From: Histomonas meleagridis 2922-C6/04-290x
Taxonomy: Eukaryota; Protista; Parabasalia
Assembly (NCBI GenBank): GCA_020184695.1
Contig: JAANOX010000084.1
Span: 46,568 to 110,567 of the forward strand
Direction: 5' to 3'
DNA length: 64,000 nt
A model generated the notes under the pieces. It made no database searches, had not been told where the DNA came from, and saw nothing but the letters and a program-made list of their open reading frames with translations. Every line of letters begins with the position of its first letter. The first letter of the stretch is position 1. Of the stretch, positions 1 to 14,000 are shown one piece after another. The position numbers were made by a program, and so were the translations under genes.

Positions 1-641
1 TTCTTTTTTCCTAACAACAATTTTAAATTATTTCTAATTAGTTTCAAACAGTACCTTTAACTTGAATTTTACCTAGTTTCATTTTTATGAACTTGGAAAA
101 TTATTTTTTTATTATCAATAAATCTAAAAATTGTTTTAAAATCATAAGTTGAAACTAAAAGCCAAACTTAAATACGGAATTGCATTGATAATATCGAACT
201 TAAGAGGTTTAGGTTTCAACTTTTATTACAAAATAAAACTTCTATCAAAAATATTTTAATTTTGGAATATTTTGCCCACTAAAAAACAGCCCATTTTATT
301 TTGCTACATATTTGTCATCTTTAACATTAAAATTCTTTTTTAAATCATAATGATTTTTTAAAGTTTATATTTTTCATATGCTTTTGTTTAAAAATTTTTC
401 GAATTAGAATTTAACATTTTTTATTTTTTTTTTTTTTTGGAAGTAGGCATGATGATATAAAGATTTTAATGTTTTTCAAGATATTTTGTTTAAAATATTA
501 ATGATTGTGGATAATTTTATAAATTGCCCATTTGGAAAATTTTATTCTTTCTAGAAATTTGTCACAATTTTATATATTGAATTCAGAAATTTTATGATTA
601 AATCGAACTCAAAAATTTGTCAGATCAGGCATTTTTTAAAA

Positions 642-3187
642 ATGATTCCTGAAGATTATTTTAACATCCTTAACATTCTTTTCTCTCCATCACCTGTACC
701 TAACCTACCTGAAATCAGAGAGAAGTTTTATAAACAGTACCTTATTTTGAGTGTACATTATTGATTCTTGAAAAACAAGAATACAGACAAAACCAATAAT
801 GGATGGTTGCATCCTCTTTGTTGTGCAATTTTATTCAATATTTTGATTCTAACGGCAGGCAGAAATCTATCGTGAAAAATCATGAATTTTTACCACACAT
901 TGATAGTTTTATAAATCGAATCCTAAACATTATTTTTTATAGTGCTCCATCTGATCTGAGCCCAATGATGGATGACTTTGCTAAAATTCTTGGAATTTTA
1001 ATCATTTATTCACCTAACAATTTTTTTGCACCACAAATTTCCGATCAACTGTTTCAAATATTTCAACAGCAAAATATTAATATAGTTTATCTTGAAAATA
1101 TTTCAAAACTTTTTGATCCAATTATCATAAAATTTTTCTTCAATACGAACCATCATACAGATGATGCGTTAATATTTTCGAACAAATTTATTGATTTTAT
1201 TGATAAAATTACTGTTAAAGAAATAATTACTAATTCAAAAAATACAACTCTTCTTATAAATTTACTTTCAGCGTTTATTCGGTTTGCTAATGTTTCTGAT
1301 GTAACAAAATATTTCTTATCGAAAGAATCAAATATCCTTCAACATTTGGTCGGATTTTTATTTGAATTTGTGGGGAAAATGGATGATAACTTGTTTCCAT
1401 TGGCTTCTACAATAATGTCACTCCTATCTAATTTTAGGATTTTAGATTCAGCTCCTCGTTTTCCAGATTTTGCAGAAAAATTAAATTGGTTTAGTTCAAA
1501 TATCCAATTAGTTTTGGTAAAACTTCTAACCCAAACCCCAAGGTGTGAATCAGAAACAGGTGTATCCTTTACCTTTGAAAATTACTCTTTAAAAATACTT
1601 TCTTTTTTGAGCAATGCGATTAACGAATACCCCATTTTCAGAGCACTTTTTGAAATCGCCGTAAAGTATTCAAATTCCACACAATATTTGATCAGTCAAA
1701 AAGAAATTAATGTACAACTATATTATGATACAGCATTTTGTTATCTCCCAGGGGATAAGTGCATTGCTGAATATTGAATGAAAATAATTTCGAACTTAGC
1801 ACAACAAAATTTTTCAATGTTATTGCAATGTATTTTAACCACCCAAAATTTCACAGAAGGATTTATTAAAGTATGCACATTAACATCATATTTAATGTCT
1901 CAAAAAGGGCTTAAACCCCCGGATGAATATATCCAATTTTTAAGCAATTTCCCATTAGACATAAATACAGAACCAATAATATTATTATTATTTTCTGAAT
2001 CTTTATCATTTTTACCAGAAATTATATATCACAAATTATCAGAAATATCATTTATTTTTATCAGTAATAAAGAAAACGCGCAAAATCCAACTGCAAATGA
2101 TATCTTACGCTTTACATTAGGATGCCAAATCATGTCAATAATGATGGATAATAAGAATTATTGTATTCCATCACAATATATTTCAACTATATTTGAGAAT
2201 AACATATGTATAAAGAACTTTGCTTTTATTGTTTTACGTAAATTTGTGTTTTATACTCAAGAAGAAGAGTTTTTACTTGGCTTATATAATAATTATTTGA
2301 GTATACAACTAATTAAATATTGTGAACGTATTAATGAGAATTTTGAAAGTCAATTTGATGATTTAAATTATGTAAGTACATTATTATGTTGTATTAATTC
2401 GATAATTGAACGATTTAAAAATAACATTGATGTTTCACCTATAATATATTGTATTCAACAATTTTTCAAATTACCTGATTTAGATGATTCACTTATATTG
2501 GATGATGTTTTAGAATTAATAATTACAATTATAAGATATTCATTACCAAATTATGAAATAATTATTAATTCATATTGGAATTTCTTTTTAACGACAATTA
2601 ATGATTACATTGGTATTTATATTAAGCCTTTTATAGTGTTAATCGAATATCAAACAGAAAGTTTCATGAAATGGAACCATAATGCAGCCTTTATAGATGT
2701 CATTGATCAATTAATGAAAAATGAAACTGTTCTTTGGGATGAAGAACTGATGTTTTCGATTGTTACTGTCTATACAAGGTTAGTGCAATTAAAGATTTTG
2801 AATAATGAAACATCGTCAAATTTATATGAATTCGTTTTAAATCATTTAATCGAAAATTTTGATAATCAATTATATGGTCTAATAGATCTTGAATTATTAT
2901 GTTCTATTATTATAACAAATGAAAATGTTCAAAAATTCGATGATGTAGTAAATCCAATTTTAATTTGCGTCGATAATGATAGAGTTTATAGAGAAATAGA
3001 TAAAATACTTTATGTAATGGTATTAAATAGATTACCAAAATCAGATGAAAGAGATGCAAAAATTAATCAAATAATTGGATTCGATTTGGCAAAAAATAAT
3101 GAAATATTAAATTCCGATGACTTCATATGGTTACGCGAATACGATTATGAGTATCCGTTCCAAAGGATGATGAAAAATTCTCAATAA
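642..3187 (+). pseudogene. Importin-beta/karyopherin-like HEAT-repeat gene, interrupted (frameshift ~731, TAA 797-799, TGA 1775-1777)
   Basis: ORFs 803-1777 and 1778-3187 are in the same frame, separated only by TGA. The frame extends upstream through a TAA to ~734 and joins an ATG-642 segment (MIPEDYFNILNILFSP...) by a -1 shift. The helical L/I/F-rich sequence has an IBN_N-like start. Confidence 0.55.
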
Positions 3188-3407
3188 AATAAATTTTTTT
3201 GACCTTTTTTAATTTTTAATTTATGTGAAATGCATTTAAGATATCTTATAAACAGAAAGCAAAAAATAATAAATATTTTTATTAACAACTATTCTTCTTT
3301 AGATTTAAAAATCTAATCCTATTATAAATATATTTACTCTTGTGCCTTAAAATGATAATGAAATTTGTTAAAGATAAATATACTTTAAGACGTTTAAAGA
3401 CGTTAAA

Positions 3408-3418
3408 TCACTTCATTT
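3408..3418 (+). promoter_or_regulatory. Tandem parabasalid Initiator (Inr) motifs TCACTT/TCATTT
   Basis: Both match TCAYTW and lie ~27-37 nt upstream of ATG 3445. Confidence 0.6.
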
Positions 3419-3444
3419 TTTGAAAATAAACGTTCGCTAAAAAA

Positions 3445-4476
3445 ATGAATACACAGCAAAATGATTTGACATACACAATTGTTATTCCAGAATTTAAATA
3501 TTCAACACAACAATTCAAACAAGAAGATAAGGTTGAAACAAGAAACTTTGGATATCCTGGCGAAAATCTGAAATTTTGGCTTGTTATTTTTTGGGGAGAT
3601 GGAACAACTTCAAATACCAAAGCAAGTGATTGGGATCCTTGTTGTTTCACTTGTGAAATATCAAAAATTGAATATACAGATTGGAGTACACATATTTCGA
3701 CATCACAAATTCAAACGTTAACTGATGAAAGAAAAACATTTATTTCTGAAGCATCTATTGCTGTTCCTCTTTCTGTTCAACTTCCACATCGACCTGCTAC
3801 AGCTGAACTTACCATATGGAAATCAGATTATTCAACTAAAGTTACATCCTCAGATCTTACAATTGAACTTCCCCTAAAGTACAACTGTATTTTTAATCCA
3901 TCTAGTGACAAACTCAGCTTTGATTTTGAATTTTTAGATACAAATCATGAGATCAACAATCTTGATTTACACTTTTCACCCAATCCATCACATTCTCTCT
4001 CTGAGTATGAGTCAGCTTTTATCCTTCAACGAGTTCCCGACACATATTTATATTATTTATCATTTGCATCAAACTCATCACTTAAACTCCTTAATGATAT
4101 GGCCTTAGGACTCAGCGTCGTCTGGTCTAACTCGACCATGCTGTCTTGTTTCGAAATAAAGATTCCTCTTCCGCCTGGTCCGTTGGGGCTCATTTGGTCA
4201 GTTCCTCCTTTAAAGCGCTTAAAACAGTGCACACTTTCGCTAGAGATAACAAACATAAGCCAGGAGCCAATATCGGGTAAGGTGGAACTTGATGAAACAA
4301 ATTTGATACCGTTTGAGAAGTCGATGCATTTCAAAAATTTGTTGCCCGATCAAAAGCAAACATTAGTATTTATATGTCTTCCAAGAACGTGCGGAACATA
4401 TGAGCTGGAATATACGATCGAGGTGGGGAATGAAAGATATAAACCTTTGTTTAAGACAATAATAAGAATTGAATAA
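3445..4476 (+). CDS. TRAPP-subunit-like Ig-fold protein (TRAPPC13/Trs65-like)
   Basis: 343 aa ORF; C-terminal LEITN...FICLPRTCGTYEL pattern resembles TRAPP appendage domains. Confidence 0.45.
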   Translation: MNTQQNDLTYTIVIPEFKYSTQQFKQEDKVETRNFGYPGENLKFWLVIFWGDGTTSNTKASDWDPCCFTCEISKIEYTDWSTHISTSQIQTLTDERKTFISEASIAVPLSVQLPHRPATAELTIWKSDYSTKVTSSDLTIELPLKYNCIFNPSSDKLSFDFEFLDTNHEINNLDLHFSPNPSHSLSEYESAFILQRVPDTYLYYLSFASNSSLKLLNDMALGLSVVWSNSTMLSCFEIKIPLPPGPLGLIWSVPPLKRLKQCTLSLEITNISQEPISGKVELDETNLIPFEKSMHFKNLLPDQKQTLVFICLPRTCGTYELEYTIEVGNERYKPLFKTIIRIE

Positions 4477-5356
4477 AAAAGTGGTATTTTTTGTTTATTA
4501 AAAAAAATAAAAATAAACTTCATGTCAAATTCCGAATACATTATTTGATGCTTGAGCTGAATCAAATCAAAAATTCATACATGAATTAATTCTGATGCAA
4601 AATTTATCATGATATTGTTGTGTCATTTGACTTGTAAAATTATTTTGTTATATTTTCAAAAGTGGATTTACTAATAAACTAGCAAGTTATCTATTGGTTT
4701 CTTAACAAAAATGAAAGAATTCTTTTTGATGTTGTATGTTACACGTATAAACAAAATTGATTTTTATCAAATTGCTGTGTTGGATGTGTTCGTTGTGAAG
4801 GAATATTCAAAACTTGCATCCCATGAACCAGAAAATATTACATCATAATAATTAATCAAACTCGAATTTGCCGAATCATTGGATCTTTTATTAATAAAGA
4901 TATGATTAACATTTATAAGTTTCTTGCCAGTGTCTGGATCAACGCCATATGCTTCAAATTTAGTTTTTTTATCATCTTCATATATAATAATTTGATTTTT
5001 AATATTGGTTCAAATAAGATATAATCCAACTCTATATTTATATATAAACATTAGTGAACAAGCACATTCTAAAGTCCTTGAACATAAAGGAAACAAATAA
5101 TGTTCATTTCAAAACTAAGGAAATATTGAGGTGATAAAAATGTCTAAAACCAAGCCTTATCCAATCATTTATTTAAAAAATCTTTAAGATTGGAATTTTT
5201 CTAAATCAAATCTTATCGAATTCTTTTTAAGTAAACTATTGAAACAGATTTTGTGTGCGTAATCAGCCGGCCAAATGTGATAATCCGATTATTTTCAACT
5301 CAAAATAGGACTTTTTCAGAGATGGAACATCAATTATTTAATCCTTAAAATAGATT

Positions 5357-6433
5357 TTATTCATAATTTGACACGAGGTAATCAATGGCAAGATACAAGT
5401 CACCATTCGACTCTGTAAGTGCCTTAATATTTCTGTCTTTGTTTCTAAATCCCATACCCTCTAATTGCATTAGCTCATTTTTATATTTAGCCTCGGGAGA
5501 AAGTTCACCATATAATTCTTTGAGCAGTTCCATTCCAGGCAATTCAATGATATTAAATCTGTTTTCAATACACTTTGAAATGCCGCTTACGACCAAATCA
5601 GCTGAGCTATCATTTGGGGGTGTTTCTTCGAGTTTTTTAGGTGGGAGTTGAGGTTGGAGAGGCCGTGGTAATCCAAATAGATCAAGACCTTTACCAAATA
5701 ACATATTTGGATTTTGAAAATTATTATTGTTACCCATCGAAATGCTGGGAAGTGGGTCTTCAGATGGTTTGTCTGGCTTTTCTTTGGTTAATTTTGTCGG
5801 TATTTTTGGTGATAAGCTAAGTTGATTTTGAAGCCCATCAAGAACAGGATCAAACTCATTGATTGTATGGTTAAGGGCTTGAAATCCACCTGGGAGAGAT
5901 TCAACAAGATCCATCATCCTATCAAATGTGTGCGCATTTTCATTCCCAGCATCTGGATTTAATAATGAACCTAGTTGTTCTTTTAACATGTCTGGATCAT
6001 TTAAGGCATGCTGAATCTGAGGGTTAGATTCAGCAATTTTTTGAAATTCTGGATTAGATTTCAAAATGTCCATGTATATCTGTGGATTATTTTGAAAATA
6101 CTCAATCATAGATTTCATCATAGGAGAGTTTTTAAGTTCTCCGAAAATCCCCTGTGGGGATGCTTTTAAATCCGTTTTTTTGTGATTATCTTTTGTTGGT
6201 TTATCTTCTTTTTGTTTATATGTGACATAAAGTGTAGAATTTGTTTGAATGTTGTAAGATTGGAGAGTACGAACATCAACCAATATTGCTCCTTGATATA
6301 TAAGTATGCAATCATCAGGTGACTTCTTCGTCAACCGTGATATTTCCTCTTTCAAATTAAAAATAGTGCTTATAGATTGAATATCAACATCACCAACGAT
6401 TCCTTGGGAATCTTTTATGAGGAGGTGGAGCAT
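5357..6433 (-). CDS. Ubiquilin/Dsk2-like protein (UBL-STI1-UBA)
   Basis: N-terminal UBL (LIYQGAILVDVRTLQSYNI), M/Q/N/P-rich STI1 region, C-terminal UBA (QLEGMGFRNKDRNIKALTESNGDLYLAIDYL). Likely start ATG 6433. Confidence 0.85.
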   Translation of the reverse strand: MLHLLIKDSQGIVGDVDIQSISTIFNLKEEISRLTKKSPDDCILIYQGAILVDVRTLQSYNIQTNSTLYVTYKQKEDKPTKDNHKKTDLKASPQGIFGELKNSPMMKSMIEYFQNNPQIYMDILKSNPEFQKIAESNPQIQHALNDPDMLKEQLGSLLNPDAGNENAHTFDRMMDLVESLPGGFQALNHTINEFDPVLDGLQNQLSLSPKIPTKLTKEKPDKPSEDPLPSISMGNNNNFQNPNMLFGKGLDLFGLPRPLQPQLPPKKLEETPPNDSSADLVVSGISKCIENRFNIIELPGMELLKELYGELSPEAKYKNELMQLEGMGFRNKDRNIKALTESNGDLYLAIDYLVSNYE

Positions 6434-6734
6434 AAAAAGAATATTGACAAGCTTTGTCTGAACAACGAATTTTCGAAAACGCGTAAAATTAATTTGGATT
6501 TTGTGAGAGCTCATAGAATATTTTCAAATAGTTAATCCATTGAAATAAGATTCCGTTCCGATCGGAAAACTAGAGTTGATTTGAGTTTCATTTATTTACA
6601 TTTTTTTCGCTCATGGGGATGCGTTGAGTGATCAAGACTGATTTATTAAATATAATCTGTATGATTTTTGGCAGACGTTGTAAAATTCTGTGTTCAATAT
6701 AACCGTTTACATTGATTTTACAACCCGTGTTGAT

Positions 6735-6855
6735 TCATTTCCAGTTGAATTTCAAATTTCTGAACAAGCAAAAGATTTAATATTGCAAATGATGAACATT
6801 AATCCAAAACAAAGGATAACAACATGTGAAGCTCTCTAGTATAAATGGATCAAAA
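6735..6855 (+). pseudogene. Remnant of CAMK-type kinase C-lobe
   Basis: Translates ISEQAKDLILQMMNINPKQRITTCEAL*YKWIK with an internal stop; no upstream domain. Confidence 0.6.
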
Positions 6856-7019
6856 ATATGAAACTTTTCCAATATTGCAATATAATTTTGGATTTGGTAT
6901 GTCTTTTACTAAAAAAATCGATACTAAAAATCTAATAAAAGTATTAACGTTTCATTATGCACAATTTAAATATTAAAATTTTTAGGATTTGGATTTTTGT
7001 TGGTACTTTTTTTGAAGTA

Positions 7020-7400
7020 ATTTGTTTACAATAAAATATATTAATGAGAAGTAATTTAACGATTTCTATATGACCTTTTTCTGATGCTAAAATTTGTGCT
7101 GCATCAAATAATTTAAATAATTTCCTAATATATATTTCCTAATTATTTTGAGAACAAGTTCAGAATTTCCTGAATCTATATCAAATGTTAATATTTTACT
7201 TGGAATTGAATTATTTTGAAGAAAATGTTTAATAAGATATAGGTTACCAATTCTAGCTGCTTCATTGATTGTAGATTCTTTAATTTTCATTCCTTTTTCA
7301 AGTAAATATAAAAAAATTTCATAATTACCGCTTATGATACATATGTTTCCCAAATCATTAATATCATTTTGTTAGATTTTTCTAAATAAAAACGAAAAAC
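7020..7400 (-). pseudogene. DUF3447/ankyrin gene fragment
   Basis: GNYEIFLYLLEKGMKIKESTINEAARIGNLYL resembles the 40704 gene. It also retains the 3' half of the insert (GGAAATTATTTAAATTATTT) followed by ...ILASEKGHIEIVKLLL. Confidence 0.7.
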
Positions 7401-8043
7401 TACTTGAAGATTCGGATGATTCAGGCGTTTGTGGATATTGATTTCCAAATGTTTGTGAAATTCAATTGCTTTTTTATATACATCTTCAAAATGAATAAAA
7501 ATGGAAAGCAATAGAGAACGATAGAATAAACACAAACAGCAAATCAATAAAAATAAGACAAAATAACAAAAAAAAAATATGTCAAGCAGACAGTTTTTGC
7601 TCATTTTATTTTGATGATCCGTTTCATGTTGCCACCCAGAAGAAGATTTGATCAATGTTGGCTTTTTGAATACTTTTGATCGGTAAGTGAGCGTAAACAT
7701 ACACAAATATCTTGGAAAAAAATCGGAGTTCAATAATAAAACATCGTTTTTTAATTTGATAATGTCCATTAATATTTAAAAAGATATCTTGGAATGAAAA
7801 TATTAACCTAAAAAATATCATCTACATAACTGCAACACAATGATTAACTTAGTGCCTTCATTTAGTATTGACATAAAAAATTCATGTTTATTAATTAAAT
7901 TCCAATAATTATAATTAAATCGCAAACCAAATTTCGTTCTTGACATCATCGGAACTTTGAAAGTTATAACTTTTTGAGTTCAATTTTTTGTCAGTTTTCG
8001 TTCTTACCAATTTTTTCTGGCACGTTTGGGAAATAAATTGGAG

Positions 8044-11000
8044 ATGTCAAAGGATAATGATTTAACAGAAACAATTTGCGATACAATTACAATACTTTTA
8101 GAAGAATCAAAAAACGTAGATAATGATTCCAAAATCGCATTGATATTCCAAACAAAACCATTTTTTTCAGAAATCTTATCAGAAATTAATATTGAAAGTG
8201 ATCATTTTCCAAGTGTGCTAAAAGAAGTGCGCCTTTTATTTCAATCATTTGGAGAGTCTCTTCAAATTTTTTTTGAATCATCAGAAACGGCAAAACAATT
8301 TTCTTCATTCATTTCTGTTTTTATTTCATCTAAAATTTCATTATATTTTGGACAAGAAATATCAAATCTAATAATATCATATTTGCTTGATGACATTCCA
8401 AATAATCAATCTTTTTTTAATGATTCACTTTGTTTATTTTTTGAAGATTCAACTTTTCCACCATTTTTTGAAGCTTCTGGTGGACTCCTTTCTTTATGGG
8501 ACATCTTACTTGATCTTAAAAAGTCTGATCTTAGTTTTTTTATTTTTGGCCATATAAGTCGGACAATAAATTGTTATTTCCAAGGTGATTCACCAGATAA
8601 TGCGATTAGTTTTCTATCACATGTTTCAAACACGATTCCAAATCTTCCAAAATCCAACGCGCCCATCGGCTTCCAATTTCTATATGATTTGATCAACGCC
8701 AATTCAAAATTGAATTTATTGAATACTTTCATTGAATTAAACGGCTTCGCCGCTATCAATGATTATTTAGTCAAAAACGATGATCCACAATTAATGATTG
8801 TATATCAAATGTTTCGAAGTCAATGTGTGATTAACACTAATGATACTTCTATAATATTAGGTCAACTTATAAATTTAATTTTACATCCGAACATTTCTAA
8901 TGAAATGAAATTAGCTTCGATAACCAATTTATATATTACTATAAAACAAATCACTGAAAAAGAAACGCCAATTCAACCGCATGTTTTATATCAATTAGCA
9001 ATTTGTTTAAATGATCAATCATCAGTAATATTTTTTGATTTATGTTATTTTCTTGTTACACATTTCGACATTGAAATTCGTTCAATTTTACCAGCGATTA
9101 ATAAGATGCCATTAAATGAATTCATTAAAACAGTTGATATAAGTACATTATTTAAATTGTTTTATTTAGCAGGCGATTCATTTGAACCATTTTCATTATT
9201 ATTTTATGAAAACATATGTAAAGATATTGAGCCAAAAGATTTTATTGAAATTGTTAATAAATATAAAGATTTCTTACATTTCCTTCCAATGGTTTTCCAA
9301 GAAATTGATTCGGAACGACTTAAAATATTTCATTTACTTATAAAAAGTTGTTCTTTTATTAAAGACATTGAACAATTAGATATAATATTATCGGAAATCC
9401 TTAAAAAAGATCAAATGATACAAGATTTACTTGATCAATTATATGAACTTCGATCAGATTCGAAATTATCAAGTTCGATATTAAGTGTTTTAACACGATT
9501 AGCGAATAATTCGAATCATTTACGGAAATCTTTGATAAGTTATGGTATCGTTAATACCATTAAAATATTAAATGATTATAATGAAATTGATCCACTTTTA
9601 ATCTTTGATATATTCGCTGCGATTTCAGGGCATCATTTTGATATAACATTTGATGCAACTGTTGGAAGTTATTTGAAATCTGTTGAATATTTCCATCAAA
9701 GCGAAGAAAATATACGTAAATTAGCATTTGGATTAATGCAAAATGATAATGATTCTATTAGTTGTTTATGTTTTCCTTCATTATTACATAAATGTGGTGA
9801 TTTTGTGATTAATACATATTATGATATGTGGATATGTGGTCAATATGGTATAGATAATTGGATGAAAGAAACTAATAAATCAATAAATGAATTCCCTTCC
9901 ATATTACAAGTATCACAACGATTTTTGTTGCCACATCATATTCCTTTAATCTTTGAACATTCGAAATTATTTTCTGATTCTTGTGATGATATTTTTGGAT
10001 TAATTCCATTATTTGAATTTATTAAATCACAAGGAAATTCCGCAATTACAATAAATTTACCATTTAATATACCATTTGATTCATCGATTTCTTTTTGGTT
10101 CTTCTTTAAAGATTATCCTGCTTCATCACAAATGATTTGTACGATTCATACGTTATCATTATTTACTTCATGTGATGAAATTTATGTGAATGATCGTATG
10201 ATTGGTAATTATTCATTAAATAGATGGTATAATATAATAATTACTAATGATAATAAAGGCAAAACTACTTTTTATATAAATGGAACTCAAAAATATCAAT
10301 TAATTGGTTCTTTAACTGATAATGTTATTTTTGGTTCTAAACAAAATAATGTTTCGAATTGGTATATCGGTGGAATAATTCGAATTTTTAATAATATAAT
10401 TAAAGATGATAAAATTCAAGAGATTTTAAATAATGGTGTAAATGATAATATTTCAAATGAAACTTTATCTATAACACCTTTAAAGTTTATTGAGTTATTC
10501 GATGGTTATAAAAACACTGATTGTTTAATGGAGAATTCAAGACCTGTAATCTCATTTCCTTTATATAAACATATTAGAACTGCTTATAATGGTAATTATG
10601 GGTTATTTAATAAAATTCTTCAAACAATAGAAAACGATAAATTCGAAGATTCGTATAATTTCTTAAATGCTTTAATTAGTTTACAACTTAATAATTGTTC
10701 TAAATGGAATAATATCGAATTTGCTTTACATATTTCAATTTTAATTAATATTAAGCCGAATTTAATTGATCAACAAATTTTAGATAATATATTAAAATGT
10801 TTTTGTATTAATGATACATTTGATTGGGATTCATTTTATGTTTTATTATTTGATTATGGAATTTTTAATTCTGATTTTAAGTCGAATTTAATATCGAAAT
10901 TATTTGGTTTAATAGTACAATATCCACCTAATAATTATAAATCAAAAATTATAACTTTCATTTTAGATCTTTTAAGAATTTGTGAGTTCGATGTTAATGA

Positions 11001-14000
11001 TTCCACTGCATTAATTGCATTATTACCACGTTTTAATCCTAAACTTGATTTAATAATTCAATCGATAATATCATTATCCGATTTTAAAGAAACATATCAA
11101 ACAAATGACTTAAAATATATAACAAATGATGAAAATATTTTATTTTATCCTTTAATTGAAATGGTAACGAATAAAATAAATCATCAATTTAATAAATGTT
11201 ATTTCTTTTATTTAATTCCACCTAAAATATCATTAGATATATTATATTCATTAATTACTTCTGGTTATAAGTTATTAATAGATATTAAATTCATTATGCG
11301 ATTTTGTATCCAAAATTGTTATATAGCTAAATCTTGGTCATGTGCATTATCATTATTATTTGGAACACCAATTGAAGTTGAATTATCTGATGATTTCCAA
11401 CCAATTAATACTTTTAATATAACAATTTTACCCGAATTTTTAATAATGGTCAGTTTCTTATTTTCTTCATCGAATAATTTCCCTAAACATTCATTTTGGT
11501 CAATGTTTTGTATAAAAATATCAGAAATCCTTAAAACGATTTCCGAAAACATTCAAATAATTAATGATGAACTTAAATTTTCATTAATTAATTTGTTGTC
11601 ATTTGGTTATTTCCCAAATACTTTATCAATATTTCCATTTGCTCCTAAAATTACAGAAGCGTCGGAAATTGTTGAATATTCGATTAAAGAATCACAACCA
11701 TTTCCTATTGAAGAACCACATTCATCGACTTTTCCAATATTTCATTTGAATTTCTCGATGCAAAAATTAAACAATTTTGTAACATCTGATATACCTACTG
11801 AATATAAATTATTTATTAAATCGAAAGTTAAAGTTAATGATTATAATGATGAAGAATATTTGAAAAAAGTTTATTCAGCTAATAATGATATTAAATGGAA
11901 AGATTGGCCAACATTTATTAAATCGATAAATGACATGTTAAGTAATGAACAAAATAATTTTAATGTCGAAACAATTATTAATTCGGAATATTTCCCGACT
12001 GTTATTAATTTCATTGTTAATATTTTATTAAAATTCTTAAACGATAATAATTTTAAGGATTTATTAAATGAATTATTATTAACTAATTCTTCATTTAATC
12101 CAATGTATTCACAAATTATATTAAAAAATATTTTGATTTCTTTTTTAAGTGAATTAAATAAAAGAAATTTATACTCATTAAATATAATTAATTTCGTTTG
12201 TGATCGAATTAAAGAAGGTTGGTTAACGAATCATATAATAACATTAATATCAATGATTTTTACTTTATGTAAAAACACTAAAAAGAATTTACCAAAATGT
12301 TTTATCGATTTATTAATATTTTTAATCGATATAATACCTAAAAAAGATTTTCAAGTTTTTATGAGTTTCTTCGGATTATATTCACAACAAATATTTATAA
12401 AAAATAATATTGAAAAGCCAAAGTTTTGTATTTTAATAATTGGAAAATTACTAAAACATTTCGATGAAAGACCTAAAGCTATTAAAACCATTTTTAATAC
12501 ATTAATAAATGAAATGAAATCGAATGAAGAATTAACATCGATATGGAACAAGAAATTTGTTAATTATTCCGAATTTACAATAAATTATTTAATTGATTTT
12601 CTTAATGAAATTATTAATGATGCAAATAATGAAAATAATGAATTTAATAAAATATTTAATGATATAAATGAAAAACATTTGAACGAAGAAAAAACAAAAA
12701 TTTTGACCTCGTTAAATAAATTAAAAACATTTCGAAATGTACAAAATTCAACATTTTATAGTTTAGCAAATCAATTATTAAATGATTTTCATAATGATAT
12801 TATTTTATCTAAATCAATGGGTTCTATAATTCGTGACTTTGAACAAAAAAGAATTATGGTCCAATTAAATTATTTCATTCATATTAGAGAACAACATATC
12901 TCTAAAAGATATAACTTCGATGAGAAAAGATCTCATGTTTATACACAATCGATTTTAAGTGATCCAATTTTCCCAACTAAAAGAATTGATAAATCTCCTT
13001 TATTATATAAAATGCCTAGTTTCCCTTGTAAGAAGATTACTTCAGTAATGTTACCTACACCTAATATTAATGATTTATTAATTCTTTTACCTGATGTTTT
13101 AAAGAGTTTTATCTCAATTCCATTTGAACAATTTAAAGATTTAATTCAACACTTAAACGGTCAAGAGAAGTTAACGTTTTCTGTCGTTTTGCCAATGTCA
13201 GATTCCGTTAGGCTGTCACTTTTGCAGCTTTTATTAAATCATGGAAAACCTTTTGAATCGATTTATAGTGTATCATTATTTTATGGTGTAGATCCATTAC
13301 CAGGGTTATTATTTAGGACGTCAAGTCATTTCTTCTTCATTGAAGGAATGCAATTAACTGAAGAAGGGGTTAAAGTCTCAACGATTTCTACATCACGAAT
13401 ATTATATACATTTTATATTTGTTATATTATTTCAGGATATTTTGGGCCAAGTTCATTATTTGAATCGCATCCAATCATTGGATGGCCGATTAATGGATTA
13501 ATTAATTATATTTTACATTATTATTTACATAAGCCATCCGCAATTGAACTTAATTTTGTTTACGGATGGAATTTCATATTAATACCAAAATTCGAAGAAC
13601 GAAAATCATTTTTAAACTTATTTAAGAAAGATGTTGATGAATCATTATCACATTTACCTAAACCTAATTTTAATACATTTTCACCGTTATCTTCGACGTA
13701 TTTATTACGCCGTAAAGATTTAACAAAACTTTGGACTGATGGAGTCATTGATAACTTTTCATATTTATGTATTCTTAATCGATTATCATTACGATCATTA
13801 TGTGATTACACGCAATATTATGTTTTCCCATGGATTATTGGCGATTATAATACGCAAGATTTAGAAGATGCTCCAATTGAATCATATCGAAACTTGAGTT
13901 TACCAATGGGACAAATTGGAGAAACACGTGCGCCACGATTTGATACAATATTTGAAGATTCAGGTAAACAATATTTCTATGGAACACATTACATGCATTT

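Noticed and set aside
797-799. Alternative genetic code (TAA/TGA reassigned)
   Set aside because: Genes of 1200-2550 aa are open under the standard code and conserved genes end at TAA/TGA.
4740-5100. Short minus-strand coding-like remnant (GVDPDTGKK...)
   Set aside because: Stops nearby and no recognisable family.
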